A stretch of DNA of 44,450 nt from an uncultured bacterium (GCA_903850545.1 CAINLW010000057.1:1-44450); one strand, 5' to 3'; positions 26,413 through 34,467 are shown, counted from the first letter of the stretch. Made by a program: numbers and translations. Notes: a model not told the origin generated them from the sequence alone.

Positions 26413-26904
26413 ATGAGTAAAAATAATTACAAAAAAGGATCAGGGTTGGCAGAAATTTTAGTTGCTGTTTTTATTTTTTCAATTATTTTAGGTTCGCTTG
26501 TCGAAGTCGCCAGCATTTATTTAGCGGGTTCTGGAGAAAGTTTGAAATCTACTAAAGGCGCATATCTTGCCGGGGAGGGAATAGAAGCAGTAAAAATAAT
26601 TCGTGATACTGGTTGGGGCAACATCACTAGTTTTACTGATAATACAAATTATTATTTATATTTCGATACGTCTTCCTCAACTAATAATATTTGGAAAGCA
26701 ACCTCGACCATATCATTAGTGGACTCGATTTTTACAAGGACTTTCAAATCAAATTCTGTTTACAGAGACATAAATGGTAGAATCGTTCAAAGTGGTGGAA
26801 CTTTAGATTTGCATACCAAAAAAATAACAGTTTCTATTTCTTGGAAATTAAAAAATGCAACCACCACCAAATTACTTTCAACTTATATTGCTGATATTTT
26901 GTAA
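26413..26904 (+). CDS. Minor pilin-like protein (degenerate prepilin signal)
   Basis: KKG/SGLAEILVAVFIFSIILGSL has Gly at -1 and Glu at +5 if cleaved after KKG, followed by a hydrophobic helix. Sits inside the pilus operon. Confidence 0.6.
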   Translation: MSKNNYKKGSGLAEILVAVFIFSIILGSLVEVASIYLAGSGESLKSTKGAYLAGEGIEAVKIIRDTGWGNITSFTDNTNYYLYFDTSSSTNNIWKATSTISLVDSIFTRTFKSNSVYRDINGRIVQSGGTLDLHTKKITVSISWKLKNATTTKLLSTYIADIL

Positions 26905-27004
26905 AATACGGTCGCACTTATAGGACGGTTGTGCGACATGATTTCGCAAAATCAAAAATTATACGAACAAAGCGAATTTCAACGAAAATTTAAAATACAA
27001 AAAA

Positions 27005-27637
27005 ATGCTTAATTTATTTAAAAAAATATGTGGAGGAAAAAACCGAGGACTCGCCTTTTCCCGAAGCGAAGCTTCTCCCCAAGGCAAGACCTCTGTTTTT
27101 ATAGTTACGCGACTAGTCCGCGTCCAGTTTGCGTCTGGTCTGCGTAAGGAAGGATTCACATTAGTGGAAATGATAATCTATGCTGCTCTTATGGCAATTA
27201 TTACAATTGCCGTTACACAATCTTTAGTTGTAGTTTTAAAATCCAACAGAACTTCTTTCGCTGAAACAAATTTAAGAAACTCAGGATATTCTGCTATGGA
27301 GGGAATGTTGAGGGAAATATATGCGTCAGAAAATATCGATTTACCTTCTGCCACTGGAAGCATTCTTCAGATGAAACAAAATAGTGCCTCAACCACAGTA
27401 AGATTTGCTGTTTCTTCGAGCACACTCAATTTTTATGAAGGATCAAGTTCAAGTACAGCTGTTTTAATAGGTCCACAGACTTCAAAAAATATTTTAGTAA
27501 CAAGTCTAACTTTTACAAAAATAAATACTGGAAAATCGTTAGCGGTCAGAATACAAATGCAATTAAACACTACTGTAAACGGAATAACAAAAAACGAATG
27601 GTTTTATGGAACGGCTATCCTAAGGGGGTCGTACTAA
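27005..27637 (+). CDS. Pilin-like protein with an unusually long (about 48 aa) N-terminal leader
   Basis: Canonical LRKEG/FTLVEMIIYAALMAIITIAV motif at residues 45-66. I found no in-frame ATG/GTG/TTG between the ATG at 27005 and the motif. The leader is encoded by a locally GC-rich segment. Confidence 0.65.
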   Translation: MLNLFKKICGGKNRGLAFSRSEASPQGKTSVFIVTRLVRVQFASGLRKEGFTLVEMIIYAALMAIITIAVTQSLVVVLKSNRTSFAETNLRNSGYSAMEGMLREIYASENIDLPSATGSILQMKQNSASTTVRFAVSSSTLNFYEGSSSSTAVLIGPQTSKNILVTSLTFTKINTGKSLAVRIQMQLNTTVNGITKNEWFYGTAILRGSY

Positions 27638-27640
27638 GAA

Positions 27641-27670
27641 ATAGTATACAGTATAAGTATTTAGTATATG
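27641..27670 (+). repeat. GTAT-rich post-stop element, copy e
   Basis: ATAGTATACAGTATAAGTATTTAGTATATG starts 4 nt after the TAA and runs into the ATG at 27668. Confidence 0.7.
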
Positions 27671-29476
27671 GAAGAAATACAAAACAAAACAAAACGATTA
27701 AATATTAAAGATGGTTATGTGATGTTACTCACCGCTGTTATTTTTATGATGGTTTCTCTTATAATTATATTTGGTCTTGCTACGCCGATAACCAAACAAA
27801 TTTTTGCTACTAGAGATATTTGGAGCGCAAAGCAGAGTTATTATCTTTCAGAAGCTGGAGCGGAGGATGTAATGTATAGATTGAAAGATAGTACATTTGC
27901 CTCAAAACTTGGAACAACAGAAACATTAACTCTAGATGGTTATAATGCCATTACCCAAATCACAGCTGATACAAATGGGAAAACAATAAGCACCTTATCC
28001 GATCAAAATGGTTATAAAAAAAGTTTAGAAACAAAAGTTGTAATGGGATCTGGAACGTCTTTTAATTATGGAATTCAAACAGGAGATGGAGGATTTACTA
28101 TAACTGGTGGTTCTCGTGTTGTTGGAAATGTTTACTCAAATGGAGATATTTTAGGTGGTGCAGGTATTCATATTACAGGTTCAGCTATTGCTGCTTCTGG
28201 CGGGAGTGTTTTTAAAGATGAAAATAATGAAACTCCATTGCCACCTTCAAGTAGTATTACCTTTAATAATACTGGTGCTTCAAGAGATTTCGCGCAAAGT
28301 TTTCAACCGGGGACAACCTCAGTAATCCAAAAAATTAGAATATATATTAAAAAAACAAATTCACCTGCTAGTTTTGAGGTTGATTTAATGTCAGATAATT
28401 CGGGAAATCCAGGTTCTGTTTTGGCGGAGTCCACACTTTCTTCAAGTCTTGTAACCACAAATTATGGTTGGATAGATTTAGTTTTTAGTTCAAGTGTTAC
28501 TTTAACAAAGGACACAACTTACTGGTTTGTTATAAAAGGAGATGTTAAAAGCGGAAAAACATCAACAGATACATATACTGTTGGAGCAAATAATTTATAT
28601 ACAAGAGGCGTAGCAAAAACAGGTGTAATAGGAGGAACTTGGAACATAACAGGTCTTGATGGATATTTTTCTCTATATTTAAGTTCAGTTCACGGAAAAA
28701 TTTTAGGTAATGAAGGAAATTATTTTTATATCGGATCTACTTCCACAGACATGGCTTGGTCAGGAGATGTAAGTCATGTAAGTGTTACAGGTGACCTTTA
28801 TTGTCAGACCGGTGTAAATAATGCCAATGGAAAAACTTGTAACACTAGTAGAGAACTTCCCGGGACTGTTTCAATGCCAGTTTCAGAGGCGAATATTGAA
28901 CAATGGAAATCAGAAGCTGTTCTCGGGGGAACATATAATGGTAATTATTTAGTTGATTGGGATGGAGATGTTTTAGGTCCAAGAAAAATAACTGGTAATT
29001 TAACCGTAAATGGTGGAGGAACTCTTATAGTTACTGGTACAGTGTGGGTACAAGGGAATCTTATTGTTACAGGTGGAGGGAAAGTAAAAATTTCTCCAGC
29101 ACTCGGTGCCAACAGTGTTATTCTTGTGACAGATAAATACGCACAAATTGATGGTGGTGGACAATTTGAGGGTTCAGGAACAGTTGGTAGTTATCCAGTT
29201 GTTGTATCAACTTCTGTTTGTCCAAATACAACACCTTGTTCAACAAATAATTCCGCAATTTCTCTTTCTGGAGGAGCTGGAGCTGTAGTATTAGTTGCCC
29301 CATATGGAAAAGTAAATGTAAATGGAGGATCTGGGGCGCGTTCAGTTAGTGGAGATTCAATATATATAAGTGGGGGTGGTACGGTTACCTATGAGACAGG
29401 CTTGGCAAATCTTTCGTTTAGCAGTGGCCCTTCTGGCGGATGGTCAATTTCAGGATGGAAGGAACTTGAGAATTAG
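27668..29476 (+). CDS. Large pilus-associated protein (PilX-like N-terminal helix, Gly-rich beta-helix-like body)
   Basis: N-terminal KDGYVMLLTAVIFMMVSLIIIFGLA helix without Glu+5. Gly-rich repeats (GGSRVVGNVYSNGDILGGAGIHITGSAIA; GNLTVNGGGTLIVTGTVWVQGNLIVTGGGKVKI). Last gene of the pilus operon before a strong terminator. Confidence 0.45.
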   Translation: MEEIQNKTKRLNIKDGYVMLLTAVIFMMVSLIIIFGLATPITKQIFATRDIWSAKQSYYLSEAGAEDVMYRLKDSTFASKLGTTETLTLDGYNAITQITADTNGKTISTLSDQNGYKKSLETKVVMGSGTSFNYGIQTGDGGFTITGGSRVVGNVYSNGDILGGAGIHITGSAIAASGGSVFKDENNETPLPPSSSITFNNTGASRDFAQSFQPGTTSVIQKIRIYIKKTNSPASFEVDLMSDNSGNPGSVLAESTLSSSLVTTNYGWIDLVFSSSVTLTKDTTYWFVIKGDVKSGKTSTDTYTVGANNLYTRGVAKTGVIGGTWNITGLDGYFSLYLSSVHGKILGNEGNYFYIGSTSTDMAWSGDVSHVSVTGDLYCQTGVNNANGKTCNTSRELPGTVSMPVSEANIEQWKSEAVLGGTYNGNYLVDWDGDVLGPRKITGNLTVNGGGTLIVTGTVWVQGNLIVTGGGKVKISPALGANSVILVTDKYAQIDGGGQFEGSGTVGSYPVVVSTSVCPNTTPCSTNNSAISLSGGAGAVVLVAPYGKVNVNGGSGARSVSGDSIYISGGGTVTYETGLANLSFSSGPSGGWSISGWKELEN

Positions 29477-29513
29477 CTATTAAATACAACTTATAAGTTT
29501 TTAGAAAATATAT

Positions 29514-29563
29514 AAACTCGAATGAGGGATTTTGCGGAGCAAAATCCCTCATTTGAGTTTTTT
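29514..29563 (+). terminator. Intrinsic terminator of the pilus operon
   Basis: 22-nt arms AAACTCGAATGAGGGATTTTGC / GCAAAATCCCTCATTTGAGTTT (one G-T pair), loop GGA, followed by TTT. Confidence 0.85.
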
Positions 29564-29594
29564 GACACCTAATAGCTAACAGCAAAAAGCTATT

Positions 29595-29622
29595 TTGAAA
29601 TTTGCATATTAAGTGTTATTAT
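29595..29622 (+). promoter_or_regulatory. Putative promoter giving a leaderless transcript for the AI-2E gene
   Basis: TTGAAA (29595-29600), 16-nt spacer, TGtTATTAT (29614-29622). The ATG at 29629 lies 7 nt after the -10 hexamer. Confidence 0.4.
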
Positions 29623-29628
29623 TTATTT

Positions 29629-30813
29629 ATGAGTGAAAATGAAAATAAAGCAATAAATATAAACATTACTCCAGGATCTCTTTTTAAGGGTATTTGCCTT
29701 ATTTTATTAATTTGGTTTTTATATTTTATAAAAGACATTGTTTTGGTAGTTTTGGTTGCAGTTGTTATAGCTTCTGGAATGGAGCCTTTGATAATTTGGT
29801 TTGGTAAATATAAAGTAAAAAGAATTCCAGCTGCGATAGTTTCATACTTGGGAATGCTTTGTATCTTTATATGTCTTATGTTTTTCTTTGTTCCATCAGT
29901 GCTTGATGAAGCCTCTTCTTTTCTTACAGAAATGCCAAAATATTTAGAATCAACAACACTCTGGAATCCCCTAAATGTTAAAAGTGAAGATGTTTCAATA
30001 TCTCAAAAAGTAGTACAAACTTTATCTGATGGGATAAATAATCCGAATCAATTAATTTCGAATGCTCAAAACCAAATAAAATCAAATGTTTCCGGTACAA
30101 GTTTTGGTTTGGGTGATCTTGTAAAAAGTATTCAAGATCTTTCCTCAAGTGTTTCCGATGGGTTCGTAAAAATAGTAAGTGCTATCTTCGGAGGACTTTT
30201 ATCTTTTATTTTGATAATTGTTTTATCTTTTTATCTTCTTGTTCAGGAAGACGGTGTTGCTAATTTTCTACGATTAATTACTCCAATAAAACACGAAAAA
30301 TATATTGTTGATTTGTGGAAAAGATCTCAGAGAAAAATTGGACAATGGATGCAGGGACAAATTTTGCTTGGGGTTATTATTGCTGTTTTACTGTATTTAG
30401 GACTTATGATTCTTGATATAAAGAATGCCTTACTTTTGTCTGTTTTTGCCGGTTTTATGGAAATTATTCCAGTGTTCGGTCCTATAATATCGGCCATTCC
30501 AGCCATACTTATGGCTTTTGTTGGCGGGGGTTTTACTTCAGCAATCCTTGTTATGGGTCTTTGTACTATAGTTCAACAATTTGAAAATCATCTTATATAT
30601 CCTTTGGTTGTAAAAAAGGTTATTGGCGTTTCTCCGATTATTGTTATACTCGCACTTATTATTGGTGCTAAACTTGCAGGATTTCTCGGTATAATATTAT
30701 CGGTTCCGATGATCTCGGCTTTTATGGAATTTGTTGAGGACATTGAAAAAAGAAAATTACTTTTTTGGAAAGAGGCCGAAGAGCTAGAGAAAGTTTTGGA
30801 AATTAAGAAATAA
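29629..30813 (+). CDS. AI-2E family transporter (PerM/UPF0118)
   Basis: Polytopic membrane protein of AI-2E type with a large hydrophilic loop and the C-terminal FMEIIPVFGPIISAIPAILMAF...ENHLIYPLVVKKVIGVSPIIVILAL block. The track ORF starts at a TTG (29602); the ATG at 29629 (MSENENK) is preferred. Confidence 0.85.
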   Translation: MSENENKAININITPGSLFKGICLILLIWFLYFIKDIVLVVLVAVVIASGMEPLIIWFGKYKVKRIPAAIVSYLGMLCIFICLMFFFVPSVLDEASSFLTEMPKYLESTTLWNPLNVKSEDVSISQKVVQTLSDGINNPNQLISNAQNQIKSNVSGTSFGLGDLVKSIQDLSSSVSDGFVKIVSAIFGGLLSFILIIVLSFYLLVQEDGVANFLRLITPIKHEKYIVDLWKRSQRKIGQWMQGQILLGVIIAVLLYLGLMILDIKNALLLSVFAGFMEIIPVFGPIISAIPAILMAFVGGGFTSAILVMGLCTIVQQFENHLIYPLVVKKVIGVSPIIVILALIIGAKLAGFLGIILSVPMISAFMEFVEDIEKRKLLFWKEAEELEKVLEIKK

Positions 30814-30822
30814 ATTTAAAGA

Positions 30823-32277
30823 ATGTCCGTTCTAAATTCAAAAAAGTTCTATATAACGACTACATTGCCATATGTGAATTCTGATCCACACATAGGTTTT
30901 GCTATGGAGTTTATCAGAGCTGATATGATTGCAAGATATAAAAAAATACAAGGTTTTGATGTTTTTTTTAATACTGGTACAGATGAACACGGCTTGAAAA
31001 TTTTTAAGAAAGCCGAGGAGAGGGGAATTAGCCCACAGGAGTATGTAGATGAATACGCTGACAAATTTAAAGCACTTATTCCATTGTTGGGAATATCACC
31101 TGACGTTGTTTTTACAAGAACAACTGATGAACACCATATAAAATCAGCACAAGAATTTTGGAAATTGTGTGATAAAAATGGTTTTATCTATAAGAAAAAT
31201 TATATTATTAATTATTGTGTTGGTTGTGAACTTGAAAAAGCAAATTCAGAACTTGTAGATGGGAAATGTCCTGATCATACAAATTTAGAAATAGAATATA
31301 TTGATGAGGAAAATTATTTCTTTAAATTTTCTGTTTTTCAAAATAGGCTAATGGATATTTACAAACGTAATCCAGAATTTGTTATTCCAAATCATAGATT
31401 AAACGAAATTAAATCTTTTGTTGAAAGGGGTTTGAATGATTTTAGCATTTCAAGACTTAAGACAAAGATGCCGTGGGGGATAGAGGTGCCTACAGATTCA
31501 AATCATGTAATGTATGTTTGGTTTGATGCACTCGTAAATTATATTTCTGCAATTGGCTGGCCGAGTGATATGGAAAAATTTAATACTTGGCAAAAAGACA
31601 CCAGTGGAATGGTGCAATATTGTGGAAAGGACAATCTTCGTCAGCAGGCTTCAATGTGGCAAGCTATGCTTTTGGCCGCAGATTTACCTCACTCAAAGAA
31701 TATTATTATAGATGGTTTTGTTACAGGATCGGGTGGAATAAAAATGAGCAAAAGTTTGGGAAATACTATAGACCCAAATGAAATTGTTGCAGAATATGGC
31801 ACAGATGCTTTGAGATATTATGTTGCAAGAGAAATAGCACCATTTGAGGATACCCCTTTTACGAAAGAAATGTTTAAAGATGCTTATAATGCAAATTTAG
31901 CAAATGGACTTGGAAATCTTGTAAGCAGGGTGATGACTATGGCACAAAATAATATTGATTTACCAGTAAACGTTGGGGAAGTTAAAATATCTGAAAATAT
32001 TGTAAACGCTATAGAAAAATACAATTTACAAGAAGCTACAAATATAATTTGGGAGAAAATAGGTGAAATGGATGCTAAAATTCAATTAACTCAACCTTTT
32101 AAGCTCATAAAAACTGATAAGGAAAAAGCGGTAGAAATAATAAAAGAACTAGTTGTAGGTATATACGAAATTGCGATATATTTAGAAGCAATACTTCCGG
32201 AGACATCAGATAAAATTAAAAAATTAGTAAAACAAAATAAAAAACCCGACATACCGTTATTCCTGAGGATGGAATAA
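30823..32277 (+). CDS. metG: Methionine--tRNA ligase (short form)
   Basis: HIGH-region PYVNSDPHIGFAMEF, zinc knuckle CVGCE...CPDH and KMSKS loop IKMSKSLGN. Confidence 0.95.
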   Translation: MSVLNSKKFYITTTLPYVNSDPHIGFAMEFIRADMIARYKKIQGFDVFFNTGTDEHGLKIFKKAEERGISPQEYVDEYADKFKALIPLLGISPDVVFTRTTDEHHIKSAQEFWKLCDKNGFIYKKNYIINYCVGCELEKANSELVDGKCPDHTNLEIEYIDEENYFFKFSVFQNRLMDIYKRNPEFVIPNHRLNEIKSFVERGLNDFSISRLKTKMPWGIEVPTDSNHVMYVWFDALVNYISAIGWPSDMEKFNTWQKDTSGMVQYCGKDNLRQQASMWQAMLLAADLPHSKNIIIDGFVTGSGGIKMSKSLGNTIDPNEIVAEYGTDALRYYVAREIAPFEDTPFTKEMFKDAYNANLANGLGNLVSRVMTMAQNNIDLPVNVGEVKISENIVNAIEKYNLQEATNIIWEKIGEMDAKIQLTQPFKLIKTDKEKAVEIIKELVVGIYEIAIYLEAILPETSDKIKKLVKQNKKPDIPLFLRME

Positions 32278-32280
32278 CTG

Positions 32281-32313
32281 TAGTATAAGTATTTAGTATT
32301 AGTATAAAAATAC
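32281..32313 (+). repeat. GTAT-rich post-stop element, copy f (left inverted repeat of the four-helix-bundle cassette)
   Basis: TAGTATAAGTATTTAGTATTAGTATAAAAATAC starts 4 nt after the metG TAA and ends at the ATG at 32314. It contains the 18-nt GTATTTAGTATTAGTATA (32289-32306). Confidence 0.75.
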
Positions 32314-32679
32314 ATGAGTGATATTTTAAATTTTACAAACCTGGTTACTTATAGAAAAGCGCATGAATTGGTAATTGAAATATATAAAATTACAAAAAAA
32401 TTTCCTGAAGACGAAAGATTTTGTTTGGTTAATCAAATTAGACGGGCTGGAATATCTGTTACTTCTAATATTGCTGAGGGTTTTGCACGTATGACAGCAA
32501 AAGACAAGGCTCATTTTTATAGTATGTCTCGGGGCTCTCTCTTGGAATTACAGAGTCAAATATTTATATCGAAAGATTTGGGTTATTTGCTAGAAAAGGA
32601 TCATAAAGAATTAGAAATTAAAATTATAGAAATAAGTAAATTGATTTCAGGTATAATAAAATCTGCCAGAGATTATTAA
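32314..32679 (+). CDS. Four-helix-bundle protein (23S rRNA intervening-sequence protein family)
   Basis: Family pattern L.VY+KAHEL...IY.IT..FP..E+F.L..QIRRA..SV.SNIAEGF.R.....K..F...S.GSL.EL..Q is matched closely. Confidence 0.9.
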   Translation: MSDILNFTNLVTYRKAHELVIEIYKITKKFPEDERFCLVNQIRRAGISVTSNIAEGFARMTAKDKAHFYSMSRGSLLELQSQIFISKDLGYLLEKDHKELEIKIIEISKLISGIIKSARDY

Positions 32680-32683
32680 TAAT

Positions 32684-32717
32684 TTATACTAATACTATAT
32701 ACTAATACTAAATACTA
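32684..32717 (-). repeat. GTAT-rich element, copy g, inverted (right inverted repeat of the four-helix-bundle cassette)
   Basis: The reverse complement reads TAGTATTTAGTATTAGTATATAGTATTAGTATAA. Positions 32698-32715 are the perfect reverse complement of 32289-32306. Confidence 0.75.
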
Positions 32718-33490
32718 TGAATTATATAGATATACATTCACACCTTGGCTTTGAAGATTACGGAAAAGATTTAAAGGAGGTTTTACAAAGAATGGAGGAT
32801 TCTGGTGTTGCAACCATTACTGTTGGCGCCAGTCTTGCAAGTTCAAAAGACGCAGTTAAAGTTGCTGATAACAATGAAAATATTTGGGCATGTATTGGTA
32901 TACACCCATCAGAAAAGGAGGTTTTTAATGAATCTGATTTTGAAAGTTTAGTAAAAAATCCTAAAGTGGTGGCGATGGGGGAATGTGGACTGGACTATTT
33001 TGTTGGGAAAGGTGCGGAGGCTATTTCAGATGAAAATAAACAAAAACAGCAAAAAGAATTTGTTAAACAAATTGAATTTTCCATTAAATATAATAAACCA
33101 TTAATGCTCCATATTCGCGATGCTTTTCAAGATGCGTATAACATACTTAAAAAATATGAGGGTAAAGCTAGGGGTAATATGCACTTTTTTACAGGGGATC
33201 TAGAATGGGCAAAAAAGTTTGTTGAGCTTGGTTATACAATTTCATTCACTGGGGTTATAACTTTTGCTCATCAGTACGATGAAGTAATTAAAAATATTTC
33301 ACTTGATAAAATTCATGCCGAAACTGATGCTCCTTGGGTAGCACCGATTCCTTACAGAGGAAAAAGAAATGAGCCGACTTATGTTATAGAAGTTGTTAAA
33401 AAAATAGCAGAACTTCGTGGGGAAGATATGGAAAAGGTAAGATTGCAGCTTTTAGAGAACGCTAAAAGGATATTTAGTATAAGTATATAG
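32717..33490 (+). CDS. tatD: TatD-family metal-dependent hydrolase/DNase
   Basis: IDIHSHL start motif, GECGLDY, MLHIRDA and ETDAPW metal-ligand blocks. 257 aa. Confidence 0.9.
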   Translation: MNYIDIHSHLGFEDYGKDLKEVLQRMEDSGVATITVGASLASSKDAVKVADNNENIWACIGIHPSEKEVFNESDFESLVKNPKVVAMGECGLDYFVGKGAEAISDENKQKQQKEFVKQIEFSIKYNKPLMLHIRDAFQDAYNILKKYEGKARGNMHFFTGDLEWAKKFVELGYTISFTGVITFAHQYDEVIKNISLDKIHAETDAPWVAPIPYRGKRNEPTYVIEVVKKIAELRGEDMEKVRLQLLENAKRIFSISI

Positions 33491-33500
33491 TATTTAGTAT
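33471..33500 (+). repeat. GTAT-rich post-stop element, copy h
   Basis: TATTTAGTATAAGTATATAGTATTTAGTAT overlaps the last codons and the TAG of tatD. Confidence 0.7.
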
Positions 33501-33501
33501 T

Positions 33502-33529
33502 GTCATTCCCGTGAAGACGGGAATCCAGG
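33502..33529 (+). repeat. GTCATTCCCG-type palindromic element, third copy
   Basis: GTCATTCCCGTGAAGACGGGAATCCAGG, compared with GTCATTCCCGCGAAGGCGGGAATCTAGG at 2341. The stem changes are compensatory (CGCG..GGCG becomes CGTG..GACG). Confidence 0.75.
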
Positions 33530-33573
33530 TTCATGTTTTGTATTCTTTCATTTTCTGCTATAGTTTAACTATA

Positions 33574-34467
33574 ATGGAACCTAAAATTTTAATTACGAAA
33601 CCAAGTGCAAATTATGAGCTTATAGACAGTGGAAACGAAGAAAAGCTTGAGCGTTACGGTAAATATGTTTTGAGAAGACCAGATCCGCAAGCTCTGTGGA
33701 ATAAAACCCTATCTGAAATTGAATGGAAAAATGTTGATGCTGTTTTTGATGCTGATAGAAAGGTTTGGAAAAAGAAAAATGAAAGCATGCAAAATGAATG
33801 GCAGATTTCATTTGATGATTTAAAATTTAATATTAAACCAACAGCCTTTAAACACACAGGAGTTTTTCCAGAACAATCCTCCAACTGGAGTTGGATTATA
33901 TCAAAAATCAAAAATCAAAAATCAAATATAAAAATAAAAGAAGATGCAAAACCGATAAAGGTGCTTAACCTGTTTGGATACACTGGTGGAGCAACTCTGG
34001 CCGCACTTTCGGCTGGAGCAGAAGTTACACATGTGGATGGATCAAAATCTGCGATAACCTGGGCTAAAGAAAATGCAGAACTTTCGGGGTTGGACAAAAA
34101 ACCAGTTAGATGGATTATTGATGACGCAAGGAAATTTGTAATGAGAGAAATAAAACGAGGTGGAAAGTATGATGGTATCGTGATGGATCCACCATCTTTT
34201 GGTAGAGGAGGAAAGGGGGAAATATGGAAAATTGAAACTGATTTTATTAAACTTTTGGAAGATTGTTCAAAAATACTTTCAGACAATCCTTTGTTTTTTA
34301 TAGTAAATGGTTATGCTGCTGGCTATTCTTCAACGGCTTATTACAATGCTCTAAAGCCTTTAGTCCAAAAATATGGTGGTGAATTTGAGATGGGGGAGCT
34401 AACCATTGAAGAATCGAAAGGAAGGAGACTTTTGCCATGTGGAATTTTTGTGAGATGGTCAAAATAA
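33574..34467 (+). CDS. Class I SAM-dependent methyltransferase (RlmI/RlmK-like rRNA methyltransferase family)
   Basis: YELIDSGNEEKLERYGKYVLRRPDPQALW N-terminal block. SAM motif I VLNLFGYTGGATLAA. Motif IV DGIVMDPPSFG. The track start 33511 is a GTG inside the repeat element; the ATG at 33574 (MEPKILI) is preferred. Confidence 0.8.
   Translation: MEPKILITKPSANYELIDSGNEEKLERYGKYVLRRPDPQALWNKTLSEIEWKNVDAVFDADRKVWKKKNESMQNEWQISFDDLKFNIKPTAFKHTGVFPEQSSNWSWIISKIKNQKSNIKIKEDAKPIKVLNLFGYTGGATLAALSAGAEVTHVDGSKSAITWAKENAELSGLDKKPVRWIIDDARKFVMREIKRGGKYDGIVMDPPSFGRGGKGEIWKIETDFIKLLEDCSKILSDNPLFFIVNGYAAGYSSTAYYNALKPLVQKYGGEFEMGELTIEESKGRRLLPCGIFVRWSK

Noticed and set aside
26959-27159. A 66-aa minus-strand ORF across the GC-rich patch upstream of the third pilin.
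   Set aside because: It is antisense to a reading frame that runs directly into a canonical prepilin motif. It has no start context or motif support.
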